A stretch of 64,000 nucleotides of DNA from Candidatus Rokuibacteriota bacterium (lineage in GTDB: Bacteria; Methylomirabilota; Methylomirabilia; Rokubacteriales; CSP1-6): assembly GCA_016184305.1 (NCBI GenBank), contig JACPCX010000185.1, positions 1 to 64,000 of the forward strand, given 5' to 3'. Below are positions 38,899 to 49,031 of the stretch, piece by piece. The notes below the pieces were generated by a model. The model ran no database searches. It worked only from the letters and a program-made list of their open reading frames with translations, and was not told the origin of the DNA. Each line of letters begins with the position of its first letter. Position 1 is the stretch's first letter. The translations under genes and the position numbers were made by a program.

Positions 38899-39903
38899 AT
38901 GCCGGCGAGGATCTACTACGACCAGGACGCCGATCTCGGGCTGCTCCGCGCAAAGACGATCGGGATCATCGGGTACGGCAGCCAGGGCCACGCCCACGCC
39001 CTCAACCTGAAGGATTCCGGTCAGGACGTGGTCGTGGGCCTCTACAAGGGCTCCAAGAGCTGGGCCAAGGCCGAGGCCGAGGGGCTCAAGGTGATGACCG
39101 TGAACGAGGCCGCCCAGGCGGCGCAGATCATCATGATCCTCCTGCCGGACCAGAGCCAGCGCCAGGTCTACGAGGAGTCCATCAAGGGAGCCCTCGGCAA
39201 GGGCAAGACCCTGATGTTCGCCCACGGCTTCAACATCCACTTCAACCAGGTGGTGCCGTCCCCCGACGTGGACGTGTCCATGATCGCCCCCAAGGCGCCG
39301 GGCCACGTGATGCGCGACCTCTTCACGCAGGGGCCCGGCGTGCCGGCGCTGGTGGCCGTGTACCAGGACGTGTCGGGCAAGGCGCGGGACCTGGCCCTGG
39401 CCTACGGCAAGGGCGTCGGCTGCACGCGCGCCGGAGTCATCGAGACCACGTTCAAGGAAGAGACGGAGACCGACCTCTTCGGCGAGCAGACCACCCTCTG
39501 CGGCGGCGTCTCGCACCTGATCAAGAACGCCTTCGAGACCCTCGTGGAGGCGGGATATCAGCCGGAGGTCGCCTACTTCGAGTGCATGCACGAGATGAAG
39601 CTGATCGTGGACCTGTTCTACCAGGGCGGGCTGGCGTACATGCGGTACTCGGTCTCGGACACGGCGGAGTACGGCGACTACACCCGCGGCCCGCGGATCA
39701 TCAACGAGCAGACCAAGGTCGAGATGAAGAAGATCCTCGGGGAGATTCAGTCCGGCCAGTTCGCGCGCGAGTGGGTGCTGGAGAACCAGGCGAACCGCGC
39801 GGGCTTCCTCGCCATGCGCAGGCGCGACGCCGAGCACCCCATCGAGGAGGTCGGGTCCCGGCTGCGGAAGATGATGTCCTGGATCAAGCCCCCGCGGATG
39901 TAG
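38899..39903 (+). CDS. ilvC: Ketol-acid reductoisomerase
   Basis: [25 protein letters not shown]. Confidence 0.97.
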   Translation: MPARIYYDQDADLGLLRAKTIGIIGYGSQGHAHALNLKDSGQDVVVGLYKGSKSWAKAEAEGLKVMTVNEAAQAAQIIMILLPDQSQRQVYEESIKGALGKGKTLMFAHGFNIHFNQVVPSPDVDVSMIAPKAPGHVMRDLFTQGPGVPALVAVYQDVSGKARDLALAYGKGVGCTRAGVIETTFKEETETDLFGEQTTLCGGVSHLIKNAFETLVEAGYQPEVAYFECMHEMKLIVDLFYQGGLAYMRYSVSDTAEYGDYTRGPRIINEQTKVEMKKILGEIQSGQFAREWVLENQANRAGFLAMRRRDAEHPIEEVGSRLRKMMSWIKPPRM

Positions 39904-39965
39904 GTTGGCGAGGCGCAGCCGAAGGCGAGCCGAGCGGATATGGAGATCCCCCGAGCGGAGCGAGG
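39904..39965 (+). repeat. Hairpin repeat related to 23581-23711
   Basis: GAGCGGATATGGAGATCCCCCGAGCGGAGCGAGG. Confidence 0.8.
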
Positions 39966-39975
39966 CGGCAGCGGC

Positions 39976-40602
39976 GTGCGCATTCCAGTGGCGGCCGAGG
40001 GGTGGCCCTTCATCGTCCCGCCGATCGCGGCCTCGTGTATCCTGGCCCTGATGGGCTGGCGCGGGGCGGCCGCCGCGGTGGCGGTGCCGGGGGTCCTCTC
40101 GCTGGGGTTCTTCCGTGATCCCGAGCGGGCGGTGCCCGGCGTGCCGGGGGCCGTGCTGGCGCCCGCCGACGGCAAGGTGATGGGCATCGCGGAGGTCGAC
40201 GACCCGTTCGTCGGGCCCGCCGTGCGGATGTCCATCTTCCTGTCGCCGCTGGACGTGCATGTCAACCGCGCGCCCATCGCGGGCGTGGTGCGGGGCGTGG
40301 AGTATGTGCCGGGACGGTTCCTGGCGGCGTATCGCCCGGAGGCGTCCGAGGTGAACGAGCGCTGCACCGTGACGCTCGAGGGCGATCCGGCCCGGGTCGC
40401 GGTGAGCCAGATCTCGGGAGTGCTCGCGCGACGCATCGTGTGCCGGGCCCGCCCGGGCGATACGCTCGGGGCGGGGGAGCGGTACGGCCTGATCCGCTTC
40501 GGGTCCCGCACCGACCTGGTCGTGCCGCGGGGCACGGAGATCCGGGTCCGGGTCGGGGATCGAGCGAGAGGCGGCGAGTCGATCATGGGGGTGCTCGGAT
40601 GA
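39976..40602 (+). CDS. psd: Phosphatidylserine decarboxylase
   Basis: FFRDPER, DVHVNRAP, RFGSRTD. The ATG at 39940 lies inside the repeat. Confidence 0.93.
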   Translation: MRIPVAAEGWPFIVPPIAASCILALMGWRGAAAAVAVPGVLSLGFFRDPERAVPGVPGAVLAPADGKVMGIAEVDDPFVGPAVRMSIFLSPLDVHVNRAPIAGVVRGVEYVPGRFLAAYRPEASEVNERCTVTLEGDPARVAVSQISGVLARRIVCRARPGDTLGAGERYGLIRFGSRTDLVVPRGTEIRVRVGDRARGGESIMGVLG

Positions 40603-41408
40603 GGCGACGGCATCTGCCGGGCGAGGGTGGACGCGGCGCGCGCCGGCGACGCTGGTCGGAGCTGCGCGAGCAGCGGCGGCGCGGCATTTTCCTGCTGCCG
40701 AGCCTCCTCACCACGGGGAACCTCTTCTGCGGCTTCCTGGCCCTGATCATGACCGCCCAGGGGCGGGCGGTGGAGGCCGCGATCGCCATCTTCGTGGCCA
40801 TGGTGCTCGACATCCTGGACGGCAAGGTGGCGCGGCTCACCAAGACCACGACGCAGTTCGGCGTGGAGTTCGACTCGCTGGCGGACGTGGTCTCCTTCTG
40901 CGTGGCCCCGGCCTTCATGCTCTACGCGCTCGTCCTGTCGCGGCTCGGGCGCGCGGCCTGGCTGGGGGCCTTCCTGTTCGTGGTCTGCGGCGCGCTTCGG
41001 CTCGCGCGGTTCAACGTGTACACGGGCGTGGCGGACCGGCGCTACTTCGTGGGGCTGCCGACGCCGGCCGCCGCGGGCATCGTCGGCGCCGCGTTCTTGC
41101 TCCTCGACGGGGACGCCGTCGGGCGGTGGCAGGCCATCGCCATCAGCGTGGGGACCTACCTGGTGGCGCTCCTCATGGTGTCCACCTTCCGCTACTACAG
41201 CTTCAAGGAGATCGACTTCGCCCGGCGGCGCCCCGTCGGGCTGCTGCTGCTCGTCGTGCTCGCGGTGCTGATCGTCGCCACCCATCCGCAGTGGTTCCTC
41301 TTCGTGCTCTTCTCGGCCTATGTCCTGAGTGGCCCCTCGCGCCCCGTGTGGGCGCGCCGCTGGGATGGGGCCGTGTCGGCCGAGAAAGCACCTCGAGACT
41401 CACACTAG
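40599..41408 (+). CDS. pssA: CDP-diacylglycerol--serine O-phosphatidyltransferase
   Basis: DGKVAR..FGVEFDSLADVVSF, LRLARFN. Confidence 0.94.
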   Translation: MRRRHLPGEGGRGARRRRWSELREQRRRGIFLLPSLLTTGNLFCGFLALIMTAQGRAVEAAIAIFVAMVLDILDGKVARLTKTTTQFGVEFDSLADVVSFCVAPAFMLYALVLSRLGRAAWLGAFLFVVCGALRLARFNVYTGVADRRYFVGLPTPAAAGIVGAAFLLLDGDAVGRWQAIAISVGTYLVALLMVSTFRYYSFKEIDFARRRPVGLLLLVVLAVLIVATHPQWFLFVLFSAYVLSGPSRPVWARRWDGAVSAEKAPRDSH

Positions 41409-41430
41409 ACGCACAGCGGAGGACGCCACC

Positions 41431-42984
41431 ATGGATCGCGTGATCATCTTCGACACCACTCTCAGGGACGGCGAGCAGGCTCCCGGCTTTTCCATGAACA
41501 GGCAGGAGAAGCTGGAGATGGCGCGCCAGCTGGCCCGGCTGAACGTGGACGTCATCGAGGCCGGCTTCCCGATCTCGTCCGATGAGGACTTCGAGGCCGT
41601 GCGCGAGGTCGCCAAGCAGGTGGGAGCGCTCGCCGGGGGGCCCATCATCTGCGGGCTCAGCCGCGTCGGACTCATGGACATCGACCGTGCGTGGGAGGCC
41701 GTCAAGTACGCCCGGCAGCCGCGGATCCACACCTTCGTGGCGACCTCGGACATTCACCTGAAGTACAAGCTCCGCAAGAGCCGCGCGGAGGTGCTCAAGG
41801 CCGCGGTGGAGGCGGTGACGCACGCGCGCGGCTACTGCGAGGACGTGGAGTTCTCGCCCGAGGACGCCTCCCGCACGGACTTCGACTACATGTGCGACGT
41901 GCTCGAGGCGGTCATCGACGCGGGCGCCCGGACCGTCAACATCCCCGACACGGTGGGCTATGCCATCCCCAGGGAGTGGGGCGAGCGCATCGCCCGGATC
42001 CGCGAGCAGGTCAAGAACAGTGCCCAGGCGGTCCTCTCGGTGCACTGCCACAACGACCTGGGCCAGGCGGTGGCAAACTCGCTGGTGGCGATCCAGAACG
42101 GGGCCCGGCAGATCGAGTGCACCATCAACGGCATCGGGGAGCGGGCGGGCAACGCCTCCCTCGAGGAGATCGTGATGGCGCTCAAGACACGGAAGGACTA
42201 CTTCGGAGTGGAAACCCGGGTCCGGACCGAGGAGATCTTCCGGTCCTCACGGCTCCTCTCCCACGTCACCGGAGTTCACGTGCAGCCCAACAAGGCCATC
42301 GTCGGCGAGAACGCGTTCGCCCACGAGGCGGGCATCCACCAGGACGGGGTGCTCAAGGAGAAGCTCACGTACGAGATCATGCGGCCGGAGGACATCGGCC
42401 GCGCGGCCAACAAGCTCGTGATGGGCAAGCACTCCGGGCGCGCCGCCCTCGCGGCCCGGCTCAAGGACCTGGGGTTCGAGCTGGACCAGGCCGAGCTCGG
42501 CAAGGCCTTCAAGAAGTTCAAGGAGCTCGCGGACAAGAAGAAGGAGATCTTCGACGAGGACCTCATGGCGATCGTGCAGGACGAGATGACCCAGGTGCCC
42601 GAGACCTACGCGCTGGAGTACCTGCACACGATCAGCGGCACCGGCGTGATCCCGTCGGCGACGATCAAGCTCCGGAAGGAGCAGGAGGTCTTCCAGGATT
42701 CGGGCGTGGGGGACGGCCCGGTGGACGCCGTGCTCAACGCCATCGACGCCATCACGGGGCTCAAGGGACGGCTGCAGGACTATCAGCTCCGGGCCATCAC
42801 GGGCGGCAAGGATGCCATCGGGGAGGTATCGGTGAAGGTGGACTTCGATGGAACGCTGGTGACCGGCAAGGGCAACTCGACGGACGTCATCGAGGCCAGC
42901 GCCCGGGCCTATGTGAACGCGCTGAACCGGCTGGTGCACCCGGCTGGTGGCCAGAAGCTGAAGCTGAAGGAGGTCGGCCCCTAG
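41431..42984 (+). CDS. leuA: 2-isopropylmalate synthase
   Basis: DTTLRDGEQ, HCHND, GERAGN, HQDG. Confidence 0.97.
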   Translation: MDRVIIFDTTLRDGEQAPGFSMNRQEKLEMARQLARLNVDVIEAGFPISSDEDFEAVREVAKQVGALAGGPIICGLSRVGLMDIDRAWEAVKYARQPRIHTFVATSDIHLKYKLRKSRAEVLKAAVEAVTHARGYCEDVEFSPEDASRTDFDYMCDVLEAVIDAGARTVNIPDTVGYAIPREWGERIARIREQVKNSAQAVLSVHCHNDLGQAVANSLVAIQNGARQIECTINGIGERAGNASLEEIVMALKTRKDYFGVETRVRTEEIFRSSRLLSHVTGVHVQPNKAIVGENAFAHEAGIHQDGVLKEKLTYEIMRPEDIGRAANKLVMGKHSGRAALAARLKDLGFELDQAELGKAFKKFKELADKKKEIFDEDLMAIVQDEMTQVPETYALEYLHTISGTGVIPSATIKLRKEQEVFQDSGVGDGPVDAVLNAIDAITGLKGRLQDYQLRAITGGKDAIGEVSVKVDFDGTLVTGKGNSTDVIEASARAYVNALNRLVHPAGGQKLKLKEVGP

Positions 42985-43003
42985 GGGCCGCAGGAACAAC
43001 TCC

Positions 43004-43129
43004 ATGGCCATGACGATCACCAACGACGGGAACTCCCAGGCCCAGCCGCGTCCGGCCTTCGCCCAGGAGATCAGGGCGGCGGGTGGCCTGATGAACGACG
43101 TGGCGAAGACGAAGGGGCGGGTCGCCTAG
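43004..43129 (+). pseudogene. leuC start fused to leuD end (deletion scar)
   Basis: MAMTIT + ...[19 protein letters not shown]..., located between leuA and leuB. Confidence 0.7.
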
Positions 43130-43131
43130 CC

Positions 43132-44217
43132 ATGCCCACCTACAGGATCGCGGTGCTGGCCGGTGATGGCATCGGCCAGGAGGTCACACCGGAGGCCCAG
43201 CGTGTCCTCGATGTGATCGGCAAGGCCACGGGAGCAAGTTTCGAGTTCGAGACGGGCCTGGTGGGCGGGGTGGCCATCGATGCCACGGGCGGACCGCTGC
43301 CGGAGTCCTCGCTCCGTCTCTGCGAGCAGAGCGATGCGATCCTGTTCGGCGCCGTGGGCGGGCCCAAGTGGGACTCGCTGCCGCACGAAACCCGCCCCGA
43401 GCGCGGGCTGCTCCGGATCCGCAAGGAGCTGGACCTGTTCGCGAACCTGAGGCCCGCCAGGTGCTTCCCCATGCTGGTGGATGCCTCCCCCCTCAAGCGG
43501 TCGGTGGTCGAGGGGACGGATCTCATGGTCGTCCGCGAGCTGACGGGCGGGCTCTACTTCGGCGAGCCGCGGGGGCGCGAGGCCTTCGCCGACGGCAGCG
43601 AGCGGGCGGTGAACACCATGGCCTATACCTCTCGAGAGATCGAGCGGGTCGTCCGGGCGGCGTTCGACGTGGCCATGAAGCGGAAGAAACGGCTCACCTC
43701 CGTGGACAAGGCCAATGTGCTGGTGGTGTCCCAGCTCTGGCGCGAGGTGGTGATCCGCGTGGCGAAGGAGTACCCCCAGGTGACCGTGGAGCACGTCCTG
43801 GTGGACAATTGCGCCATGGCGCTCGTCAACCGGCCCACCCAGTTCGACACGATCGTGACGGAGAACACCTTCGGCGACATCCTCTCGGACGAGGCGGCGA
43901 TCCTGGCGGGCTCCATGGGGATGCTGCCCTCGGCGAGCCTCGGCGGGCGCGTGGGCTTGTATGAGCCCGTGCACGGCACGGCGCCGGACATCGCCGGCAA
44001 GGGCCTGGCGAACCCCATCGCGGCCATCCTCTCGGCCGCCATGCTGCTTCGCTACTCGCTGGACCGCGGCCCGGACGCCGACCGCGTCGAGGCCGCCGTG
44101 CTCCGCGTGCTCGAGCAGGGCCACAGGACAGGGGACATCGCCGCGCCCGGCGGCACGACGGCGGGGACGCGCGAGATGGGCGACCTCATCGCCCGCGAGC
44201 TCGAGCGATCGTACTGA
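43132..44217 (+). CDS. leuB: 3-isopropylmalate dehydrogenase
   Basis: [30 protein letters not shown]. Confidence 0.96.
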   Translation: MPTYRIAVLAGDGIGQEVTPEAQRVLDVIGKATGASFEFETGLVGGVAIDATGGPLPESSLRLCEQSDAILFGAVGGPKWDSLPHETRPERGLLRIRKELDLFANLRPARCFPMLVDASPLKRSVVEGTDLMVVRELTGGLYFGEPRGREAFADGSERAVNTMAYTSREIERVVRAAFDVAMKRKKRLTSVDKANVLVVSQLWREVVIRVAKEYPQVTVEHVLVDNCAMALVNRPTQFDTIVTENTFGDILSDEAAILAGSMGMLPSASLGGRVGLYEPVHGTAPDIAGKGLANPIAAILSAAMLLRYSLDRGPDADRVEAAVLRVLEQGHRTGDIAAPGGTTAGTREMGDLIARELERSY

Positions 44218-44236
44218 GAGAAAGGATCCTACGGAT

Positions 44237-45238
44237 ATGAACGGGGTGCGGGTGGCGGTGGTCGGTGTCACGGGGGCGGTGGGGCAGACGACGCTCAGGA
44301 TCCTGGAGGAGCGGAAGTTCCCGGTGCGGGAGTTGCGGGCTTTTGCCTCGGAGCGGTCGGTGGGCAAGACCGTCACGTTCCAGGGGGAGCGTGTCCGCGT
44401 GGAGAAGGTGGCGCCCGGGGCCTTCACGGGAGTGGACATCGCCTTCTTCTCCGCCGGCTCCGCCCAGTCCAGGGAGTTTGCGCCGCAGGCCGTCAAGGCG
44501 GGCGCCGTCGTGGTGGACAAGTCCAGCGCCTTCCGCATGGATCCCACCGTGCCCCTGGTCGTCCCCGAGATCAACGCCCACGCCGTCAAGGGGCACCGCG
44601 GGATCGTCGCCTGCCCGAACTGCACGACCATCGTCACCGTGATGCCGCTCAAGCCGCTCCATGACACTGGCCGCCTGCTCCGGGTGATCGCCACCAGCTT
44701 CCAGGCCGTCTCGGGCGCCGGGGTCAACGGGGTCGAGGAGCTGCGCAGCCAGACGCTGGCCTGGGCGCGCGGCGAGGCCCTGACGCCGAAGTACTTCCTC
44801 CACCAGATCGCCTTCAACGTGATCCCGCACATCGACACGTTCGGCGAGAGCGGGTACACGGGGGAGGAGATGAAGCTGGTGCACGAGGTGCGGAAGATCC
44901 TCGAGCTGCCCGACCTCGCGGTCTCGCCCACGACCGTCCGGGTGCCCGTGTTCACCGCGCACTCGATCGCGGTCAACGCCGAGACGGCGACCAAGGTGAG
45001 CGCGGCCAGCGCGCGCGAGGCCTTCGCCCGGTTTCCGGGACTCCGGCTCTGGGACGATCCGGCGGAGAATCGCTACCCGATGCCGGTGGCCGTGGAGGGC
45101 CAGGACGACTGTTTCGTGGGACGCATCCGCGAGGACCTGTCCCTGGCCAACGGCCTCAATTTCTGGGTCGTGGGCGACCAGCTGCGCAAGGGCGCCGCGC
45201 TGAACGGGATCCAGATCGCCGAGCTCCTGATCCGCTGA
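44237..45238 (+). CDS. asd: Aspartate-semialdehyde dehydrogenase
   Basis: GVTGAVG, CPNCTT, SGAG, DQLRKGAALN. Confidence 0.95.
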   Translation: MNGVRVAVVGVTGAVGQTTLRILEERKFPVRELRAFASERSVGKTVTFQGERVRVEKVAPGAFTGVDIAFFSAGSAQSREFAPQAVKAGAVVVDKSSAFRMDPTVPLVVPEINAHAVKGHRGIVACPNCTTIVTVMPLKPLHDTGRLLRVIATSFQAVSGAGVNGVEELRSQTLAWARGEALTPKYFLHQIAFNVIPHIDTFGESGYTGEEMKLVHEVRKILELPDLAVSPTTVRVPVFTAHSIAVNAETATKVSAASAREAFARFPGLRLWDDPAENRYPMPVAVEGQDDCFVGRIREDLSLANGLNFWVVGDQLRKGAALNGIQIAELLIR

Positions 45239-45270
45239 GTGAGGCCGTTCCCGGCGCCGGGGCGGGGGGC

Positions 45271-46014
45271 ATGACTCGCACGCTTCGCCTCACCCTGGCC
45301 TACGATGGCACGGACCTCTCCGGCTGGCAGTCCCAGCCCGACCGCCCGACGGTCCAGGGACTCCTGATGCAGTCCTGCGAGCGCATCCTGGGCGAGCGCG
45401 TGAAGGTCGTGGGGGCGAGCCGGACCGATGCCGGCGTCCACGCCCTCCGGCAGGTGGCGAGCCTGGCCATCGCCTCGCCCATGGCCCCGGCGGCGCTGGG
45501 GCGCGCGCTCAACGCCCTGCTCCCCGCCACGATCCGCGTCCTCGAGGCCCGCGAGGCGCCGCCGGGATTCGACGCCCGGCGCTGGGCCCGGGGCAAGCGC
45601 TACTGCTACCTGATCGACCGGGGGCGTCCGGCCGATCCGTTCCTCCGCCGCTACGCGTGGCATGCGCCGTACGTCCTCGAGGCGGAGGCCATGGCGCGCG
45701 CGCTCCGGCTCCTCCTGGGCACGCATGACTTCTCCGCCTTCTGCGCCGCGGCCGGCCGCGGGCGGACTCCGATGTGCACGATCCGCTCGGCCCGCCTCGT
45801 GCTGAGGAAGCGCCGGCTCGGGATCCTGCTGTCGGCCGACAGCTTCCTCCATCACATGGTGCGTAACATCGCGGGCAGCCTCGTGGAGGTCGGGCGCGGG
45901 GCGCGGGAGCCGGACTGGCTCGGGCGGGTGCTGGTGGCGCGCGACCGGAGCCTTGCCGGTGCCACGGCGCCCCCCGAGGGGCTCTCGCTCGTACGCGTGC
46001 TCTATCCCACGTGA
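45271..46014 (+). CDS. truA: tRNA pseudouridine(38-40) synthase
   Basis: YDGT..GWQ, SRTDAGVHA, FLHHMVR. Confidence 0.95.
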   Translation: MTRTLRLTLAYDGTDLSGWQSQPDRPTVQGLLMQSCERILGERVKVVGASRTDAGVHALRQVASLAIASPMAPAALGRALNALLPATIRVLEAREAPPGFDARRWARGKRYCYLIDRGRPADPFLRRYAWHAPYVLEAEAMARALRLLLGTHDFSAFCAAAGRGRTPMCTIRSARLVLRKRRLGILLSADSFLHHMVRNIAGSLVEVGRGAREPDWLGRVLVARDRSLAGATAPPEGLSLVRVLYPT

Positions 46015-46074
46015 GCCACGAGCTCCGCCGGCGAGCGGCTTGCCTTTGCCGCGGGGCATCGGCAGGATAAGGCC

Positions 46075-46833
46075 ATGCGGACCTACCTGCGGGTGAGCCG
46101 CGGCCGGCTCGAGGAGGTCAAGGCCGAGGTTGTGCGCGAGCAGCTGCTCGCGATCTACGTCAACGGCAGTCGCTTCCTCACCCTCCTCTGCTCCCCCTTC
46201 CAGCTCGAGGCGCTCGTCGTCGGCTACCTGTGGATGGAGAAAGTGATCGCGGGCCTCGAGGACATCGTCTCGCTGGACGTGTCCGACGTGGACGGTCGGG
46301 CGGACGTCACCCTGACGCAACCCGTGGAGCTGCCCACGGCGCGGATCCTCACCTCCGGGTGTGGCGGCGGCATCACCTTCCGCATCGACCCGCGACTGTT
46401 CACGCGCGTCGAGTCCTCGCTGCGCGTCCGGCCGGCGCAGCTCGCGGCGCGGCTCAAGGATCTCTTCGTCGAGGCCATCCACTACCGCGCCTCGCGGGGC
46501 ATCCACGGCGCGGCGCTCACCGACGGAGAGCGCCTGCTGGTGGTGGCGGAGGACGTGGGACGGCACAACGCCGTGGACAAGCTCAAGGGGGAGGCGCTGT
46601 TCCGGGGTGTCCCCACCACTGACCGCGTCCTGCTGTCCACGGGCCGGATCTCCTCCGAGATGCTCCTGAAGGCCGCCCGCATGGGCGTGCCGGTGGTGGC
46701 CTCTCGCACCTCGCCGACCGAGATGGCCGTGGGGCTCGCCGAGCAGCTCGGGGTCACGGTGGTCGGCTATCTGCGGCCCGACACGCTCAACCTGTACACC
46801 GGTGACGCGCTGGACCTCGGCGAGCTGTCCTGA
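46075..46833 (+). CDS. fdhD: Formate dehydrogenase accessory sulfurtransferase
   Basis: EDVGRHNAVDK, TGRISSEM. Confidence 0.92.
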   Translation: MRTYLRVSRGRLEEVKAEVVREQLLAIYVNGSRFLTLLCSPFQLEALVVGYLWMEKVIAGLEDIVSLDVSDVDGRADVTLTQPVELPTARILTSGCGGGITFRIDPRLFTRVESSLRVRPAQLAARLKDLFVEAIHYRASRGIHGAALTDGERLLVVAEDVGRHNAVDKLKGEALFRGVPTTDRVLLSTGRISSEMLLKAARMGVPVVASRTSPTEMAVGLAEQLGVTVVGYLRPDTLNLYTGDALDLGELS

Positions 46834-46865
46834 CCCTCCCGGCGTGTTTGCCTGGCCCCGGACGA

Positions 46866-46895
46866 CCTGATAAACTTTCCCCGTGATTTATCAGG
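46866..46895. promoter_or_regulatory. AT-rich inverted repeat upstream of the heme operon
   Basis: CCTGATAAA-N12-TTTATCAGG. Confidence 0.5.
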
Positions 46896-46935
46896 GAGTT
46901 CCGTTCTCGCGCCGGCGACAGGGGCGGCCTGAGCC

Positions 46936-47742
46936 GTGAACGCGGTCTTGTATGACGTGGCGCTCACGGGTTACATCATCGCCACCGCCTCGGCGCTCGG
47001 CTACCTGCTCGGCCGCCGGGAGGGGCTCTGGCGATTCACCATCCTCGTGACGCAGGCCGGCTGGATGGTCCACACACTGGCCCTGGTCGTGCGTGGGGTC
47101 GAGCTCCGCCGCTTCCCTCTCACGACGCTCGCCGAGACCGTCTCCGTGGTGATCTGGCTGGCCGTGCTCCTCGAGGTGTGGGCCGAACGCGCCTATCGCG
47201 TGAAGGTGCTGGGCGCCTTCGTTCTGCCCGTGGTGCTCGTGCTGGGCCTGGCGCTGCCCACGGGGTTGCGCGTCCTGGTGCTGGCGCCCGCCATCTCCAG
47301 CGTCTGGATCAAGGTACACGTGGCGCTGGCGCTCATCGGGCTGGCCGCGCTCGTGCTGAATTTCTCCGGTGCCGTGATGTACCTCCTGCAGGAGCGGCAG
47401 CTCAAGGCGAAGCGGCCGGGAAACGTCTACTACCGGCTGCCGTCCCTCGAGACCCTCGACCGCCTGAGCTACCGCACCCTCACGCTGGGCTTCCCCTTCC
47501 TCACCGCGGGCCTGCTCCTGGGCGTGTTCTCGGCGGGCAAGGCGTGGGGCAGCCCCTTTGCGTTCGACCCGCTGGCCCTCTTCTCCAGCTTCATGTGGGT
47601 CGTCTACGCGGCGACCCTGTCGGGCCGGGCAGTGGGCCGCTGGCGCGGCCGGCGCGCCGCCTACTTCGCCATCGCGGGCTTCTGCGCCCTGCTCCTGATG
47701 CTGGGAGCGGGCGTGATGCTCCAGGGGCGGCACGGCTCCTGA
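46936..47742 (+). CDS. Cytochrome c assembly protein family (CcsA/HemX-like)
   Basis: LPSLETLDRL..GFPFLT, directly upstream of hemA. Confidence 0.85.
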   Translation: MNAVLYDVALTGYIIATASALGYLLGRREGLWRFTILVTQAGWMVHTLALVVRGVELRRFPLTTLAETVSVVIWLAVLLEVWAERAYRVKVLGAFVLPVVLVLGLALPTGLRVLVLAPAISSVWIKVHVALALIGLAALVLNFSGAVMYLLQERQLKAKRPGNVYYRLPSLETLDRLSYRTLTLGFPFLTAGLLLGVFSAGKAWGSPFAFDPLALFSSFMWVVYAATLSGRAVGRWRGRRAAYFAIAGFCALLLMLGAGVMLQGRHGS

Positions 47743-49031
47743 TGGGCACGGTCTTCGTCGCCGGCATGAACCACCGGAGCGCGCCGATCGAGGTGCGCGA
47801 GCAGCTCGCCCTCGAGGAGGACAAGCTGCGCGGGATTCTGGCGGACCTCACCGACCGGGGGCTGTGCGCCGAGGTCATGATCCTCTCCACCTGCAACCGC
47901 GTCGAGGTCTACGGCCTGGCGGACGTGCCGGGCGAGGCCCGGGCGGCGGCGTTCCGGGGGCTGGGCGCCGCGCGCGGTGTCAGTCTCCAGCAGATCGAGA
48001 CGCTGCTGTACAGCAAGACGGAAGACGAGGCGGTCCTCCACGCGTTCCGCGTGGCGGCGAGCCTGGACTCCATGATTCTCGGCGAGCCGCAGATCCTCGG
48101 GCAGGTCAAGGACGCCTTCGCCCTGGCCCAGTCCTGCCGCACGGTGGGCCCCACGCTGCACGCCCTGATGACGCAGGCCTTCAGCGTGGCCAAGCGGATC
48201 CGCACCGACACCGAGGTCGGGCGCCACGCGGTCTCGGCCTCCTACGCGGCGGTGGAGCTGGCGCGGAAGATCTTCGGCTCCCTCGAGAGCAAGGCGGTGC
48301 TCCTGGTCGGGGCGGGAGAGATGGGGGAGCTGGCCGCGCGGCACCTTCAGGAGCACGGGGCCATGCCCGTGTACGTGGCCAACCGCACGTGGAGCCGCGC
48401 GCAGGATCTTGCCCACACGCTCTCCGGCACGGCCGTGCCCTACGAGCATTTCGCCGCGACCATGGCGGAGGTGGACGTGGTCATCACCTCCACGGCGGCG
48501 CCCGAGCCCATCGTCCGCGCGCAAGACGTCGAGCGCGCGCTGCACTCCCGTCGCCACCGGCCGCTGTTCTTCATCGACCTCGCCGTGCCGCGCAACGTGG
48601 AGCCGGCGGTGAACGACCTGGAAGACGCCTTCTGCTACGACGTGGACGATCTCCGGCTCGTGGTGGAGGCCAATCTGCGAGAGCGCCAGAAGGAGGCGCA
48701 GCGGGCCGAGGCTCTGGTGGAGCGCGAGGTGGCGAAGTTCGTGGTCCGCCTCCGTGATGTCGAGGTCGTGCCGACCATCGTGTCCCTCCGGGACAAGCTC
48801 GAAGCGATCCGCCGCGGCGAGCTGGACAAGGCGCTGTCCCGGCTGCCCGCCGCCAGCGACGAGACGAGGAAAGTGATGGAGGCGCTGTCCCAGGCCATCG
48901 TCAACAAGGTTCTTCACGCCCCCATCGTGAAGCTGAAGAACTCCTCGCGCGAAGGCCACCACGCGCGCTTCACGGAGCTGATCTCCGAGCTGTTCGGGCT
49001 GAAGCGCTCCCCGCGGGAGCGCGAGCCGTGA
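47742..49031 (+). CDS. hemA: Glutamyl-tRNA reductase
   Basis: LSTCNRVE, GEPQILGQVK, GAGEM, DLAVPRN. Confidence 0.96.
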   Translation: MGTVFVAGMNHRSAPIEVREQLALEEDKLRGILADLTDRGLCAEVMILSTCNRVEVYGLADVPGEARAAAFRGLGAARGVSLQQIETLLYSKTEDEAVLHAFRVAASLDSMILGEPQILGQVKDAFALAQSCRTVGPTLHALMTQAFSVAKRIRTDTEVGRHAVSASYAAVELARKIFGSLESKAVLLVGAGEMGELAARHLQEHGAMPVYVANRTWSRAQDLAHTLSGTAVPYEHFAATMAEVDVVITSTAAPEPIVRAQDVERALHSRRHRPLFFIDLAVPRNVEPAVNDLEDAFCYDVDDLRLVVEANLRERQKEAQRAEALVEREVAKFVVRLRDVEVVPTIVSLRDKLEAIRRGELDKALSRLPAASDETRKVMEALSQAIVNKVLHAPIVKLKNSSREGHHARFTELISELFGLKRSPREREP

